A DNA stretch of 63,394 nucleotides, filler included, from Chiloscyllium plagiosum (taxonomy: Eukaryota), in assembly GCF_004010195.1 (NCBI RefSeq). It is 4 parts of one record of this genome, joined end to end, with 100 filler letters (N's around TTAATTAATTAA, not from the genome) between each part and the next. Parts side by side here need not be neighbours in the genome. Positions count along the whole stretch, not along the records: positions 19,155 to 49,234 come from NC_057714.1; positions 49,335 to 58,839 come from NC_057714.1; 2 more parts are not named here. The stretch is one strand, 5' to 3'. Positions 38,291-51,805 of this stretch are shown here, one piece after another (positions within the stretch are counted from its first letter, which is position 1; the number at the start of each line of letters is the position of its first letter). The position numbers and the translations under genes are program-made. The notes under the pieces are model-generated. The model was not told the origin of the DNA and did no database searches. It saw nothing but the letters and a program-made list of their open reading frames with translations.

Positions 38291-40471
38291 TACTCATAAC
38301 ACTGGTTCTGACATCAGATGTGATTCTGCAATTGGAAAACATTTATTAAGTTATCCTGACCATGCTAAAAATTACACCAGCAACCAAAGCAAAATTATCA
38401 GTTAACCTTGCAATGTGATTTTTATTCATTGTCTATAAAGGCTACATACATTCACGGGCAGAACCCTGCCCTTTGCAGGTAAAAGGAATATATCTGTACA
38501 TTGCATCTCTTTCATTGAGAAAGGCATTGTGAATCCTGCCAATCTCTGCTGCAATTCCTACTGTAAGGTCTTGGCCAGAGTCCACCTTCCTGGCCCGAGT
38601 TCAATCATATTATTAAAATTGGCAGTTCTTGCCAACTACCGTGCAATTAATCAATAACCTCTCCCCATGTTGTGTAAATTGTTGCTCATTTTCTAAGTTT
38701 GGTTTCTTCTGTCCAAGTCCTGGTCAGTACAAGATTAAAAGTTTCAACTCGGTGTCTCTATTTCGCAATGTCTGGGTCTCTAACAGCTCAATCATTGCAA
38801 ATGTCAGTTTGAGACATAGTTTTGTCATGGAAGCTGATGACCGTATTTGCATTCATAGATGCACACACCCACGTCCAGAATTTGTGGAAGAAGTAACGGC
38901 AAAGTTATCAACTCGCGCGGAAAGAGTAAACTGGACGCCATTTTCTGGATGTGAAAATGAAGAGACTTCTGAGCTACTCTACTCCGGCAGAAGGTAGTGA
39001 CGTTTTGCTTAATTGACTGACTGTTAAAAATGCATGGAATATGTTCCATATTTCTACTTACCCACTAGACACCCAAATTTCCAGAATAAATAAAGGTTTG
39101 TCTGTCACTATTTAAATGGATTGCTAACAGCTTGGGTAGTCTTAATTACAGTTAAACAACCACTGACACTTCAAATTACTTACTGTTGGAGATTTAGAAA
39201 AAGTACTGTAATATTTTTCTGGTTCTTTATCTTCCTCTCCATTTGCAATCCTCCTTGTTTTGCTTCCTTTATATAGATTGATAGAACAACATAGAATAGC
39301 CTTTATTGTCACATATACTCAACAAGTAATTATATGTTGTCAATTACAGCACCAACTTAGATACAGAAATACCTAGGCACAGCTTTGTTGATACTGTTAA
39401 ACAGTTTATTCTTTACATGTCCTAATTCCAACTGTCTATCTCAGTAAAAATTCTTCAAATTAATGAAGGAGGTACTCTGGTTGTGCAAGGGCTTTTGGAC
39501 CCTGAAGCTTGCAATGAGGTCAAGGAGCTGCTACTCACTGGGCATAAATAGCACAGTGTAGGTGGGGTTAGGCGAAACACACTGACAGCAAGGCAGAAGT
39601 CTGAAGTCTAGCCACTTGAATGTCTGAAACGCATGCTGAAGAACGTACAAGGTAGACTGACTAGTATTAGGCAGTAGAGTTCATAGAGTCGTCTTGTAAT
39701 GATGTAGATTTCCAAATACCATGCACATAATAATTCTGTGTTCACAAAGAATCATCAATGTTATAATAAAGATCAAGCCTAAAAGACAGCTCTTGACTGT
39801 TGAAACCAAACTGATACAAAGCCATACTACTACTGGCCCAGCCCATACAGGGGACAGATCTCCTATAGAGGGCGCCGGGTTAAAGAAAGGAATTTGTCAC
39901 CAATCTGCGGGTAAGGAGCTCTCTCTGCATGCTCCTGAGCGGCTGGCTACATTATCCAATCCTGCCATCCTATCTTTTCTCCCGCAGGTACTTCAACTCG
40001 CTCCCCCCTAACTGCACCACCCCAAGGCGTTCACCAAGCCTCTCTCTCTCTCTCTCTCCGGGTAAGGATGATCTTTTGCACCGTTCACTAACTTCACTGA
40101 AAGATCACCCCCACCACCACTATCACCACACGTCCAAGCCCCCATCAAACCACTGGGCTTCTTGTCTCTAGTCATTGTGAAGGGAAACTACATTTCAATT
40201 CAACATCCGCATGCTCGCTTTTGTCAAGGGTTGGATTGGGATAAGTGGCATTGCCCGTCACACACACACACACACTCCACACAGGAACACAGCAGAAGAG
40301 TCCACGAGTTTACAGAGTGGCAACTTTCACCTCCCTTCGGCGTCCCGAGAGTTCAAAGCAGTAAAAGTTGATTCCCAATTCACGCAGAGCAAGATGGTGA
40401 TTTTTTGTTTTTGATTTCTAAAGCACAATAACAATAGCTTCTTGGGGTACGATACGTACAGTTTTGCTTAC

Positions 40472-40518
40472 CTGGCTGCTGGTTTGCGTGTTTACTTTCT
40501 GGTGCGTCGCTATCATCA
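40472..40518 (-). other. Candidate exon of an unidentified gene in a CpG-rich unique region
   Basis: Acceptor tttcctctctctccctgcaccag and donor CAG|gtaagc flank 47 nt reading MIATHQKVNTQTSSQ or DDSDAPESKHANQQP. No homolog recognised. Confidence 0.35.
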
Positions 40519-41454
40519 CTGGTGCAGGGAGAGAGAGGAAATCCTTTCACAAAGGAAATCCGCTGGAGTGTATCATTCCCTGAAGACAAGCCGTTCACCG
40601 AGACCCTGGCACCGTGATGTTAAGAAACGGGCTCCGGGATGGGGCACTGTCACAAGTATCTCGGCAGGGGTATCATTCCCACCAAACCATTTTCTTTCAG
40701 AAAGATGTATCATGGAAACGGCTCAGCTCTTTTACCGATTCCCTCCTTTCTCGGGAGGTGCTGTGTGGGCTCAATACTATAGATCTATGGCAACGAGTGC
40801 AGTTTTAAACTGCATTGGGTGGTGCTGTTCAGACAACCAGGGGGAAAAAAAATCGAAAAAGTTGGATTTTTTTTTTGCTTTTTCCTGCTTTATAATATAA
40901 GCTTTAGATACACATATATATCCAGTTCTGACAGTTCTTTCACAGCTTGACAGTGGACACCTCTTTAATCAGTTTTAGTCTGGTGCAGTCGTACATCACT
41001 GCTTTTATTTATTCCGTCTCATTCTTGTATCGTAAATTATCCAGTCTCCCAAGCTGGGCTTGGAAGCAAAATAAAGAGGTAAACATGTTAATTTGGCCAA
41101 GAAACTCAAAAAAAAAATGAAAAATGACAAGGTATTCATATCAATCAAATTGGAGAAAGAAATACACCTCAGATCCCTCAAGTGTCTGCACCCTTCACAA
41201 CTTACATTTATATAGTGCCTACACCATAGTAGCAAGTGCCAAGGTGCTCCACACCACTCAAGAATCTCAACATCATTGAAATACCAACTTAAAGTGGGCC
41301 AATTGATTGGAACCCATGCACCAACATAAATGGTCACTCTCTCCACCACCAACTGTGGCAGAAGGGTGACCCATCTATAAAATGCACAGCAGTACCTCAC
41401 CAAGGCACCTCTGACAGCACTGACTAAACTCTGTCACCAAGAGCAGCAGATATA

Positions 41455-41935
41455 TAGAGTCGTTGAGTCATAAAGATGTACAGCATGGAAACAGAACATT
41501 CGGTCCAACATGTCCATGGGGAGTGGCACGGTGGCCCAGTGGTTAGCACTGCTGCCTCACAGCATCAGGGTCCCAGGGTCAATTCCAGCCTTGGTTCACT
41601 GTCTGTGTGGAAGTTGCACATTCTCCTTGTGTCTGCGTGGGTTTCCTCCAGGTGCTCCGGTTTCCTCCTACAGTCCAAAGATGCGTAGTGAATTGGTTAT
41701 GCTAAATTGCCTCTAGGGTTAGGTGCATTAGTCAAAGAGTTACTCTTCAGAGGGTCGGTGTGGACTGGTTGGGCTGAAGGGCCTGTTTCCGTACTGTAGG
41801 GAATCTAATCTAATCATGCCGACCAGATATTCCAACCCAATCTAGTCCCATCTGCCAGCACCCGGCCCATATCCCTCCAAACCCTTCCTATTCATATATC
41901 CATCCAAATGCCTTTTAAATGTTGCAATTGTACCA
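41455..41935. mobile_element. HE1 SINE (+, ~41520-41813) nested in a HER1 3' tail (-)
   Basis: HER1 tail is broken at GTCCATG and resumes at CATGCCGACC after the SINE AATCT tail. Confidence 0.85.
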
Positions 41936-43389
41936 CAAACACTTCCAATCTTCTCTCCAAAGTACACACCATCCCAAAGTAGAAACATCACCAATCCTTC
42001 ACAGTCGCTGGAGCTGATAACCTTTTATTCATTCGCGGGATGTGGGTGTCACTGGCTGGGCCAGCATTTATTGCCCATCCCTAGTTGTCCTTGAGAAGGT
42101 GGTGGTGAGCTGCCTTCCTGAACCACTGCAGTTCATGTGATGGCGGTTGACCCACAATAGCCCTAGGGAGGGAATTCCCGGAGCTCTCCTAAATGTTGAA
42201 ACTCTCATCCTAACAGTACTGTGGACGTATCTACCTCCTCCTCCAAGTCTGCACCTTCTCAAGAGCAGTTTGAGATGGGCAATGAATGGTAGCCTAGCCA
42301 GCAATCTCATGAAAGAATACCCTGAGTGTAATCTGGCAAAAGATATTTGTTATCTATATTTAAGTATTCACTTGTGTTGCTATAGTCTTCAGGATGATGG
42401 ACCAATCACTGGAAAATGGGATTAGTGTAGTCAGGTCCTTGTTGACCAGAATGGATATGATGGGTTGAAAGGCCTCCTTTAGCGTAGCAAACATCTTTGC
42501 ATGATTTTACAGAAGTTCATACCAAACAAGTAGATAATAGAATAGACAACTAAATACTTGGGGCAGCAAGGCAGGTGTTAAGGAACATTATAAAAGGAGA
42601 GAGAGAGAGAGAGCGAGAGAGACAGATGGAGGGTTTTGAGGAAGGAATGCGAAAAGAAAATCCTAGATATCTGGTGACACTACTGCCAATTATCTCAGCA
42701 GAAGTAAAACTGAAAAAGATGACAGTGATAAGAAGGGGAGAAATCATGGAAGCTTTTGCAAATGAGGGAGGGAAATTTTGCAAGTAGGTCAGAAGGATGG
42801 TGGGTCAGTGGGAGTTGGTGCAAAACAGGAAATGGAAACAGTGTTTCAGATGAGCTTATGTTTAAGGAGGATGGGTGATGTGGAGCTGTCCAACAGCACA
42901 ATGGTATAAACCAGCTCATCTCTGACAAAAAAAACATGAAAGAACTGTTTCAGCTGTGAATCAGATGAAGCGGGGGTGGAGATGGTACAATGTTATGGAG
43001 GCAAAGTAAGTAATCTCCATAACAAAGAAGATAAGAAGTCGAAAACATAACTTAGGGGCAAAGATTCTAAGATTTTACTCAAGAGTACTTAATTGTCTGT
43101 GAATCACTTTGGTGCAACTTGAAAATCCGAAAGGTACTAATGGCAAACAAACTCTGCCTTCATTTTCTTCCTTTATCATCCTCCATGCCAGTGCTCTTTG
43201 CTTGCCAGAGTCACTTTTGCAATGACTGGCAATGTCAAATGTGATGTCTTTCAGGGCTGTGTAAGAGCAGAATGCTGCCACAAACATGACTGACCACCAT
43301 ATAGTTTTTTTGGTAAAAGGCACCTCTTCACGTTGCCCTAGTCAGCTGAATGAACACTCTACACTTGGCATCTCTTGAAGCAGTGCTCA

Positions 43390-43915
43390 TATAGTCAGAG
43401 TCATCGAGATGTACAGCTTGGAAACAGACCATTCGGTACAACTTGTCCATGCTGACTAGATATCCTAAATTAACCTAGTCCCATTTGCCAGCATTTGACC
43501 CATATCCCTCTGAACCTTTCCTATTCATACACCCATCCAGATGCCTTTTAATTGTACCAGCCTCCACCACTTCCTCTGGCAGCTCATTTCATACACACAC
43601 CACCCTTTGTATGAACAAGTTGCCCTTTAGGTCCCTTTTAAATCTTTCTTTTCTCACTCTAAACCTACACCCTCTAGTTCTGGAAGTAAAGACCTTGTCT
43701 ATTTTCCCTATCCATATCCCTCATGATTTTATAAACCTCTATAAGGTCACCCCTCAGTCTCTGATGCTCCAGGGAAAACAGCCCCAGCCTACTCAGCCTC
43801 TGCCCACAGCTCAAACCCTCCAACCCTGGCAACGTCCTTGTAAATCATCCAAGTTTCACAACATTCTTCCTCTCAGAGAGAGAGAGACCAGAATTGCATG
43901 CAATTTTCCAAAAGT
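43390..43915 (-). mobile_element. HER1/CR1 LINE 3' end
   Basis: Same consensus as 2806-3290. Confidence 0.85.
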
Positions 43916-44789
43916 GATTTTATCAATGTTGTTTAACTGTACCCATTCTCCCTGTTCATAGAAATCAACCATATCTTCAGCAGTAATCTCAGTTGCGCAT
44001 GACATAATAGGAGCCCAAGTACCTGTCAGTGACAAGGTCAGTATTACTACCTGTCCTTAATTCTTCTCAAGTAAGCAAAGGCAAGCTGCATTCTTAAATA
44101 TTTCCAGTCTGTGTAGTGAAAACATATTTATAGTTAACTTTGCTGTAATCACTTGATAAACTTCGTTGCATACTAGGTCTATTCTCAGGCCAATTAGCAT
44201 CAGATGTATTGCTGGGGGTTTGATGCATAGTATAGGCCAGATGAGGTAAGGACAATAGGTTTCTTTCCTTATTCTTGGGGTCGAGGTAATTAAGCTTCAT
44301 TAGCAGTAATGGGTGATGAATATATGAATCTGACAGGGAATAATAGTAGAGTGATACTGTTATTGGATTGATAATCAAGGGACATAAACTAAAGTTCCAG
44401 ACACTTAAGTTCAACTCCCATAAAGACAGGCAGGGAATTTAAATTCAGTTAGTTCGCAAACCTGGAATGAAAAACTAGTCTAAATGATGATGATAGTCCT
44501 GAGACTGAAAGCAGAGTACAGTGGATGTCGAAAAATCTGAAATAAGAACAGAAAGTGCTGGAGAACCTCACCAAGTCTGGAAAGACCCATCCAAAAATGA
44601 GTCACAGTAGACTTGAATCATTAACTGTCTCTCTCTCTCTCTCTCAGGATAGGGGCTGCAAATCCTGCTGAATTTCTCCAGCACGTTCTGTTTTTATTTA
44701 TCCTTCTGAAAGCCACTGCATTGTCAAAAACATATCTGGGGTTTACTTCTTTTAGTGCAAAGAAACCTATTGTCTTTATATATAGAGAG

Positions 44790-45440
44790 AATAGAATCCC
44801 TACAGTGCTCTTCAGCCCAACCGGTCCACATTGACCTTCAGAAGAGTAACCCACCCAGTGCCATTCCCCTCTGACTAATGCACTGAACCTCCACATCCCT
44901 GAACACTATGGTCAATTTAGCATGGCCAAGTCGCCTAACTTGCGCATCTTTGGATTGTGGGAGGAAACCCATGCAGACACAGGGAGAATGTGCAAACTCC
45001 ACACAGACAGTTGCCCAAGGCTGGATTCAAACCCAGGTCCCTGGCGCCATGAGGTAACAGTGCTAACCACTGAGCTACTGTGCCACCCTCGTCTGAGCTA
45101 CACCAAACCCACAGTGATACATCTGATCTGAGGGCGGCACGGTGGCACAGTGGTTAGCACTGCTGCCTCACAGCGCCAGAGATCCGAGTTCAATTCCCGC
45201 CTCAGGCGACTCTCTGTGTGGAGTTTGCATGTTCTCCCCGTGTCTGCGTGGGTTTCCTCCGCGTGCCCCGGTTTCCTCCCACAGTCCAAAAATGTGCAGG
45301 TTAAGTGAATTGGTCAAGTTAAATTGTCTGTAGTGTTAGGTGTAGGGGAATGGGTCTGGGTGGGTTGCGCTTCGGCAGGTCAGTGTGGACTTGTTGGGTC
45401 GAAGGGCCTGTTTCCACACTGTAAGTAATCTAATCTAAAC
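44790..45440. mobile_element. Head-to-head pair of HE1 SINEs (- 44790-45090; + 45132-45440)
   Basis: Two opposed A box/B box/V-domain sets about 40 bp apart. Confidence 0.88.
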
Positions 45441-46489
45441 TGCTCTAAGAATTGACCTAGTGTGCCACAAAATTTATCAAATCACTACAGAAAATTTAAA
45501 TATGAATATTTATACTCCATAGACTGAAAATGTTCAAGAATGCACCTCACCTTTTCTTTCATTCTTAAGAATAATCAAAGATGGGCAGTAATACTGATCT
45601 GGTCACTGATGTGCACATTGCATTCCTAAAAGTCATGCCCGTTTGAGATTATTGCTTAAGGTATCAATAATGCTGGTGGAAGACTGCAGTGCAGAACACT
45701 GTCTACTGTCAGTAAAATTTGCTACTTTGTATGAATTTTCAACATAAGTTTATAACTTTTAATTGCAACTTTTAAATGACAGCACAAAAGGATATCTGAC
45801 ATTACCTCAATGAGGAAAGTCTGAAAAAAATGGACAACGAGCAAAACAGGCACAGGTTGTGACGGGTGATGTAAATCTTGAGCAAATGGATAAGTTCAGG
45901 ATGTTTGCAAACAAGAACATGTTTTAAAGGAAAACAAAGTTTCGGAGCTGCATTGGAAGTGTAATGACAATCACAAGTTAATGACGATGATTTTGCATCA
46001 TTGTTGGTTCTTTCACCAGAATGATTCAAACACTCCATTTCCCCACTGGGGTTTTATATTGTTTCTGAAATGGGTTCTACCTCTGAATGTCTACCCAGGA
46101 GGGAGGGAAGGTGGTAAAAAAGGTGATGAAAGATGAAGAGTGTTTGAGATATGGGTGGCAGAGCTGGAAAGGTTTGTAGAGACAGGCTGCGGAAGCATTT
46201 CAAGATAAGGGTGAAAATTAAAAACGTAAGTAATTGGGATTGTGGAGACAGTACAGGTAGCAGCAAAAACCAAGTGATAGTTCAGCGTTACTTGATATGG
46301 ATGAGGCTGAGTGTTATACTCGGATTACTTAAACATGGAGGTGTGGGGAGATTGTGGTGTTGTGATAATATCATTAGTCTGATGTTTTGGGCTAGTGCTT
46401 CAAAGAAATGAGTGTGAATCCTACCATGACAGATGGGGACGTGTGAATGCAATTTTTTTAAAAATCAAGGATTGAAACCTAGATTAACA

Positions 46490-47035
46490 GGGGTGGCACA
46501 GTGGCTCAGTGGTTAGCAAGGCTGCCTCACGGCACCTGGGATCCAGGTTCAATTCCACCCTCGGGCGACTGTGTGGAGTTTGCACATTCTCCCCGGGTTT
46601 CCACTGGGTGCACCAGTGTCCTCGCATAGTCCAAAGATGTGCAGGTAAAGTGGATTGGCCATACTAAATTGCCATAATGTCCAGGGGTGGGCAGGCTAGT
46701 TGGATCAGTCACGGGAAATGCAGGGTTACAGGGATAGGGTGGGTCTGGGTGAGATGCTCTTTGGAGGGGCAGAGTTGAGAGTAGTGCTGGAAAGGTGCAG
46801 CAGGTCAGACAGCAGCAGAGGAGCAGGAGACCCAATATTTCGGGCATGAGCCCTTCATCAGGAATGAGGTTCTCCTGCTCCTCAGATGCTGCCTGACTAG
46901 CTGTACTTTCCCAGCACCACACTCTTTGACTGTGATCTCCAGCATCTGCAGTCCTCACTTTCTCCTCTTTGGAGGGGCAGTGTGGACTTGATAAGTCGCA
47001 TGGCCTGCTTCCACACTTTAGAGATTCTATGATTC
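46490..47035 (+). mobile_element. HE1 SINE carrying a fold-back mini-PLE (46773-46964, 16-bp TSD)
   Basis: CTCTTTGGAGGGGCAG at 46757-46772 and 46965-46980. Confidence 0.85.
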
Positions 47036-48639
47036 TAATGGTGACTGTGTAATTATTGTCAATTGTTATAAATACCCATCTGCTTCACAAATGCCCTCCT
47101 GCGAAGGAAATCTTCCATGTCTGGCCTACATGTGATTCCAGACCACAGCAATAAGGTTAACTCTTAACTGCCCTCTAAAGTGACCAAGCATGCCACTCAG
47201 TTCAAGGGTAATGAGGGATGGTCGACAAGTGTTGACCGTGCCAGCGATACCCATATCCCATGCAAGAAAACAGAAGTTATCCATGAAAGATTCGCCACAT
47301 AGTGAAAATGTGCAACTTGAGATTTAATATAAATTTGGTTGTAAGTTCTTGCCAAAAATGTGCTCGCAGAGTGGGGACAGATTGTTCTGCAAGTGCTAGT
47401 GTTTGGGCTTCTGATATTTCTTATCAGTATAAATTACCCAGATTTTGAAACCAACTGCAAGATTTACACATTGTATTAAAAAATAGGCAGGCAAGCAAAG
47501 GCTGACAGTGCAAGCTGGAGATTTGTAGGCAAAGTTCAATCATTTATGTAAATCAGGAAATAGACCCAGGATGGAATTTTACCAGTGACAATTGCAAACT
47601 GTCGTTGGCTAAATAAGTGATGGGCACAAATGAAAAAGGTTGAATGTAACATTTGCAAGGCACAACAAATTTTTGGAAAGCAGCCTGAAAATAATTTTTG
47701 TTAAAATGTCCAGCCAATGATATAAGGTAAATCAAAGAAGTTAACAAAATTCAAGCATATATAAATAAATGAATGTAAGTCAAATGAGATACAAAAAGCT
47801 GAAATGATTATGGATGCTTGAAATCAGAAACAAAAACAACAGAAATTGTTAGAAAAACTCAGCAGGTCTGGCTGCAGCTGTGGACAGAAATCAGAGTTAA
47901 TATTTTGGATCAAGTGACCCTTCCTCAGAACAGGAAGAGATACAATGCATTGAGGTGACTACACTTGAGAATTGTAGACACAGATCTAGTTAGCGTGCTA
48001 CAAATGGATGAAAGAAATCTGAGGCAAAAAAGAAAAAAACCTAGGAAAATGAGGATCAGAAATTCCTCAGAACAAACAACGAATGATTTGCATTGATGCT
48101 GCAGTTTTCATAAACATTGGATGTCTGTTTGTAGTCAGTCAGTGAAGTACATTTTGAAACGTTTACATGTTGCAATGTAAGAAATGCAGTTGGCAATATG
48201 TTGAGAGTAAACTCCCATTACAAGGAAAGTAATAATGATCAAATTAACTGCAATTTGTGGTGTTGGTTGAGGGATAAAGTTTATTCAAGGCACAATGGAT
48301 AATTCCCCAATCTTCTTAGAAATGGTACCACATTAAGGCAGATGGAACCGTTACGATTTAGTCTAACATCAAGAGATGGTTGTCACCACACTTCAAGAAT
48401 AATACCTACTTTTGATTTACTGTTGCTGTGTTTTGTGTGAACGAACAGGCCAATTTTCAAAGATACTAACATTTGTTCAACAGTCTTCCTGCTGAATCTG
48501 ATCGTGGAAGTGCTTGAGCACTCTTATGTGCCACCAATACACAGTGCAGATCTCACTGCAGCACAGAATTGTGGGGACGACAGCTACTCTATGCACCAGG
48601 ACTTTTGTTGACCTGCAGAGGTCTGTGTTGCTATTGAAA

Positions 48640-49234
48640 AGTTGTTATGAAACTTGAAAGGGTACAGAAAAGATTTACAAGGATGTCGCCAAGGTTGGAG
48701 AGTTTGAGCTATCGGAAGCGGCTGAATAGGTTGGGGCTATTTTACCTGGAGTGTCAGAGACAGAGGGGTGACCTTTCAGAGGTTTATAATACCATGAGGG
48801 GGCATGGTTAAGGTGACTAGCCAAGGTCTTTTTCTCAGGGTAGGAGTGGTCAAAAGTAGAGGGCATAGGTTTAAGGAGAGAGGGGAAAGGTACAAAAACA
48901 ACCTAAGAGACAACTTTTTCATGCATTGGGTGGTGCACATATGGAATGAGTTTCCAGAGGAAGTAGTGGAGGTTAGTACAATTACAATATTTAAAAAGCA
49001 TCTGGATGGGTACACGAACACGTAGGATTTAGAGGGATATTGGCCAAATGCTGGCAAATGGGACTAGTTTAGTTAGATAGAGTTCAGTCTGCAGTTTGAA
49101 AGAGAGAAGGCAAAATCGGATGTAATGGTGTTACAGTTAAATAAAGGTAATTATGAGGGCATGAGAGAGGAACTGATGAAAATAGACTGGAAGCAGAGCC
49201 TAGCAGGGAAGACAATAGAGCAAAAATGGCAGGA
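48640..49234 (+). mobile_element. HER1/CR1 3' end followed by another CR1 ORF2 fragment cut at segment end
   Basis: ORF 48804-49025 (SRGHRFK..WNEFPEEVV), then NKGNYEGMREEL..IDW. Confidence 0.8.
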
Positions 49235-49334
49235 NNNNNNNNNNNNNNNNNNNNNNNNNNNNNNNNNNNNNNNNNNNNTTAATTAATTAANNNNNNNNNN
49301 NNNNNNNNNNNNNNNNNNNNNNNNNNNNNNNNNN
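49235..49334. other. Artificial 100-bp join spacer
   Basis: 44 N + TTAATTAATTAA + 44 N. Confidence 0.95.
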
Positions 49335-49592
49335 GAACTAGAGAGCATAGGTTTAGGGTGAGAGGGGAAAGATATAAAAAAGATCTAAGGGGCAACGTTT
49401 TCACACAGAGGGTGGTTAATGTTTGGAATGCGCTGCCCGTGGGAGTGGTAGAGTCGGAATCATTGGCGACCTTTAAGCGGCATTTGGATAGGTACATGGA
49501 TGGGTACTTAATCTAGGTTAGAAGTTCGGCACAACATCGTGGGCCGAAGGGCCTGTTCTGTGCTGTATTGTTCTATGTTCTATGTTCTATGA
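49335..49592 (+). mobile_element. CR1-clade LINE 3' end with (TTCTATG)n tail
   Basis: FTQRVVNVWNALP motif and tail. Confidence 0.85.
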
Positions 49593-50023
49593 AATACATT
49601 CCTCTACTCGAATAACCTCATTATTATTTATTCACGGGGACGTTGCTGGCTAGACCAACATTTACTGCCCATTCCTAATTACCCCAAGGGCAGTTAAGAG
49701 TCAACCACATTGCTTTGTGTCTGGTGTTACATGAAGGCCAGACCAGGTAAAGATGGCAGTTTCCTTCCCTCTCGGACATTAGTGAACCAGATGGGGTTTT
49801 TCCCAACAATTGATAATTGATTCATGGTCATCATTAGACACTTAATTCGAGATATTATTTGTATTCAAATTCCATCATCCACTTTAGCAGGATTCAAAGA
49901 ACATTACCTTGGTTTCTGGATTAATAGTCTAGTAACAATACTACCAGGCACTGCCTCCCCCATATTGCCAGCCCTTGGAAATAGGATATAATTCTGATTA
50001 TTTCAAGCTATTTTCCATGGAAG

Positions 50024-50249
50024 ATGAAAGTGAGGACTGCAGATGCTGGAGATCAGAGTCAAGATTAGAGTGGTGCTGGAAAAGCACAGCACGTCAGGCA
50101 GCATCCGAGGAGCAGGAAAATCGATGTTTCAAGCAAAAGCCCTTCATCAGGAATGAGCCCTCATTCCTGATGAAAGGTTTTTGCCTGAAACGTCGATTTT
50201 CCTTCTCCTTGGATGCTGCCTGACCTGCTGTGCGTTTCCAGCACCACTG
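50024..50249. mobile_element. Fold-back mini-PLE with two opposed hammerhead-like cores, 15-bp TSD
   Basis: Hairpin apex GAATGAG-CC-CTCATTC. TATTTTCCATGGAAG at 50009-50023 and 50250-50264. Confidence 0.88.
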
Positions 50250-50544
50250 TATTTTCCATGGAAGGTCCTGTCAAAAATGCAATGCCCAGAATTGTTCAGA
50301 GTACCCTGGATGTCGTCTAAACATTAATTTTTTTTAGCAGCTGTGGCATAACTTTCTTTCACTTGTATTCCCAGACTGTTCCCAGAAGAATCCTTGGAAA
50401 TAACGGAGTTAGGTTCCTTTGCAGATGTCACACCCACAAAAACTAACACACAGGCTGAAATTCTGTGCCACACGTGCACTCTCAGCTGAAAAAAAAACTT
50501 GGGAAAGATAACAGGTCCCTAAATATAAAAGTAGAGTTTAGAAT

Positions 50545-51790
50545 CAAATTGAAATTCTTTGAAGAGGTAACAAGTAGGTTAGACCAGGGAATCCCAGTGG
50601 ATGTTATCTGCCTAGACTTCCAAAAGGCGTTGGATAAGGTGCCTCACGGGAGGCTGCTGAGTAAGGTGAGGGCCCATGGTGTTCGAGGTGAGCTACTGGT
50701 ATGGATTGAGGATTGGCTGTCTGACAGAAGGCAGAGAGTTGGGATAAAAGGTTTTTTTTGGAATGGCAGCCGGTGACAAGTGGTATCCCGCAGGGTTCAG
50801 TGTTGGGGCCACAGCTGTTCATTTTATATATTAATGATCTGGATGAAGAGACGGGGGCATTCTGGTGAAGTTCACCGATGATACGAAGTTAGGCGGACAG
50901 GCAGGTAGTTCTGAGGAAATGGGGAGGCTGCAGAAAGATTTAGACAATTTAGGAGAGTGATCCAGGAAATGGCTGATGAAATTCAATGTGAGTAAATGCG
51001 AGGTCTTGCACTTTGGAAAAAAAGAATACAGGCATGGACTATTTTCTAAACGGTGAGAAATTCATAAAGCCAAAGTACAAAGGGATCTGGGAATGCTAGA
51101 ACAGGATTCTCTAAAGGTTGACTTGCAGGTTGAGTCCGTGGTTAAGAAACCAAATGTAATGTTGTCATTTATCTCAAGAGGATTGGAATGGAAAAGCAGT
51201 GATGAGACTTCATAAAGCTCTGGTTAGGTCCCATTTAGAATACTGTGTCCAACTTTGGGCCCCACACTTCAGGAAGGACATACTGGCACTGGAACATGTC
51301 GAGCAGCGATTTACACGCATGATCCCTGGAATGGTAGGCCTAATATACAATGAACAGCTGAGGATCTCGGGATTGTATTCATTAGAGTTTTGAAGGTTTT
51401 GGGGAGGTCGAATAGAAATTTACAAGATAATGTATGGATTAGAAAGAGTGGACCCTGGGGATTTGTTTCCGTTAGATGAGGAGACTAGGACCTGTGGGCA
51501 CAGCCTTAGAATTAGAGGAGGTCAATTTAGAATGGAAATGAGGAGATAATTCTTCAGCCAGACAGTGGTGGGCCTGTGGAATTCATTGCCACCAGTGCAG
51601 TGGAGGCCGGGACGTTAAACGTATTCAAGGCAGAGATTGATAAATTCTTAATCTCGCAAGGAACTAAGGGCTACAGGGAGAGCGTGGGTAAGTGGCGTTG
51701 AAATGCCCATCAGCCATGATTGAATGGTGGAATGGACTCGATAGACCAAATGGCCTTACTTCCACTCCTATGTCTTCTGATCTTATGAAT
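50545..51790 (+). mobile_element. CR1-clade LINE, RT domain to 3' end, decayed
   Basis: [29 protein letters not shown] and HLEYCVQLWAP motifs. Confidence 0.9.
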
Positions 51791-51805
51791 AATGCTGACA
51801 CAGTC

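Noticed and set aside
40472..40518. Assigning the orphan exon as a DPP6 alternative first exon (phase 0, ends in Q)
   Set aside because: It lies across a synthetic linker from the DPP6 exon, and the required transmembrane exon (RNWKGIAIALL) was not found between them.
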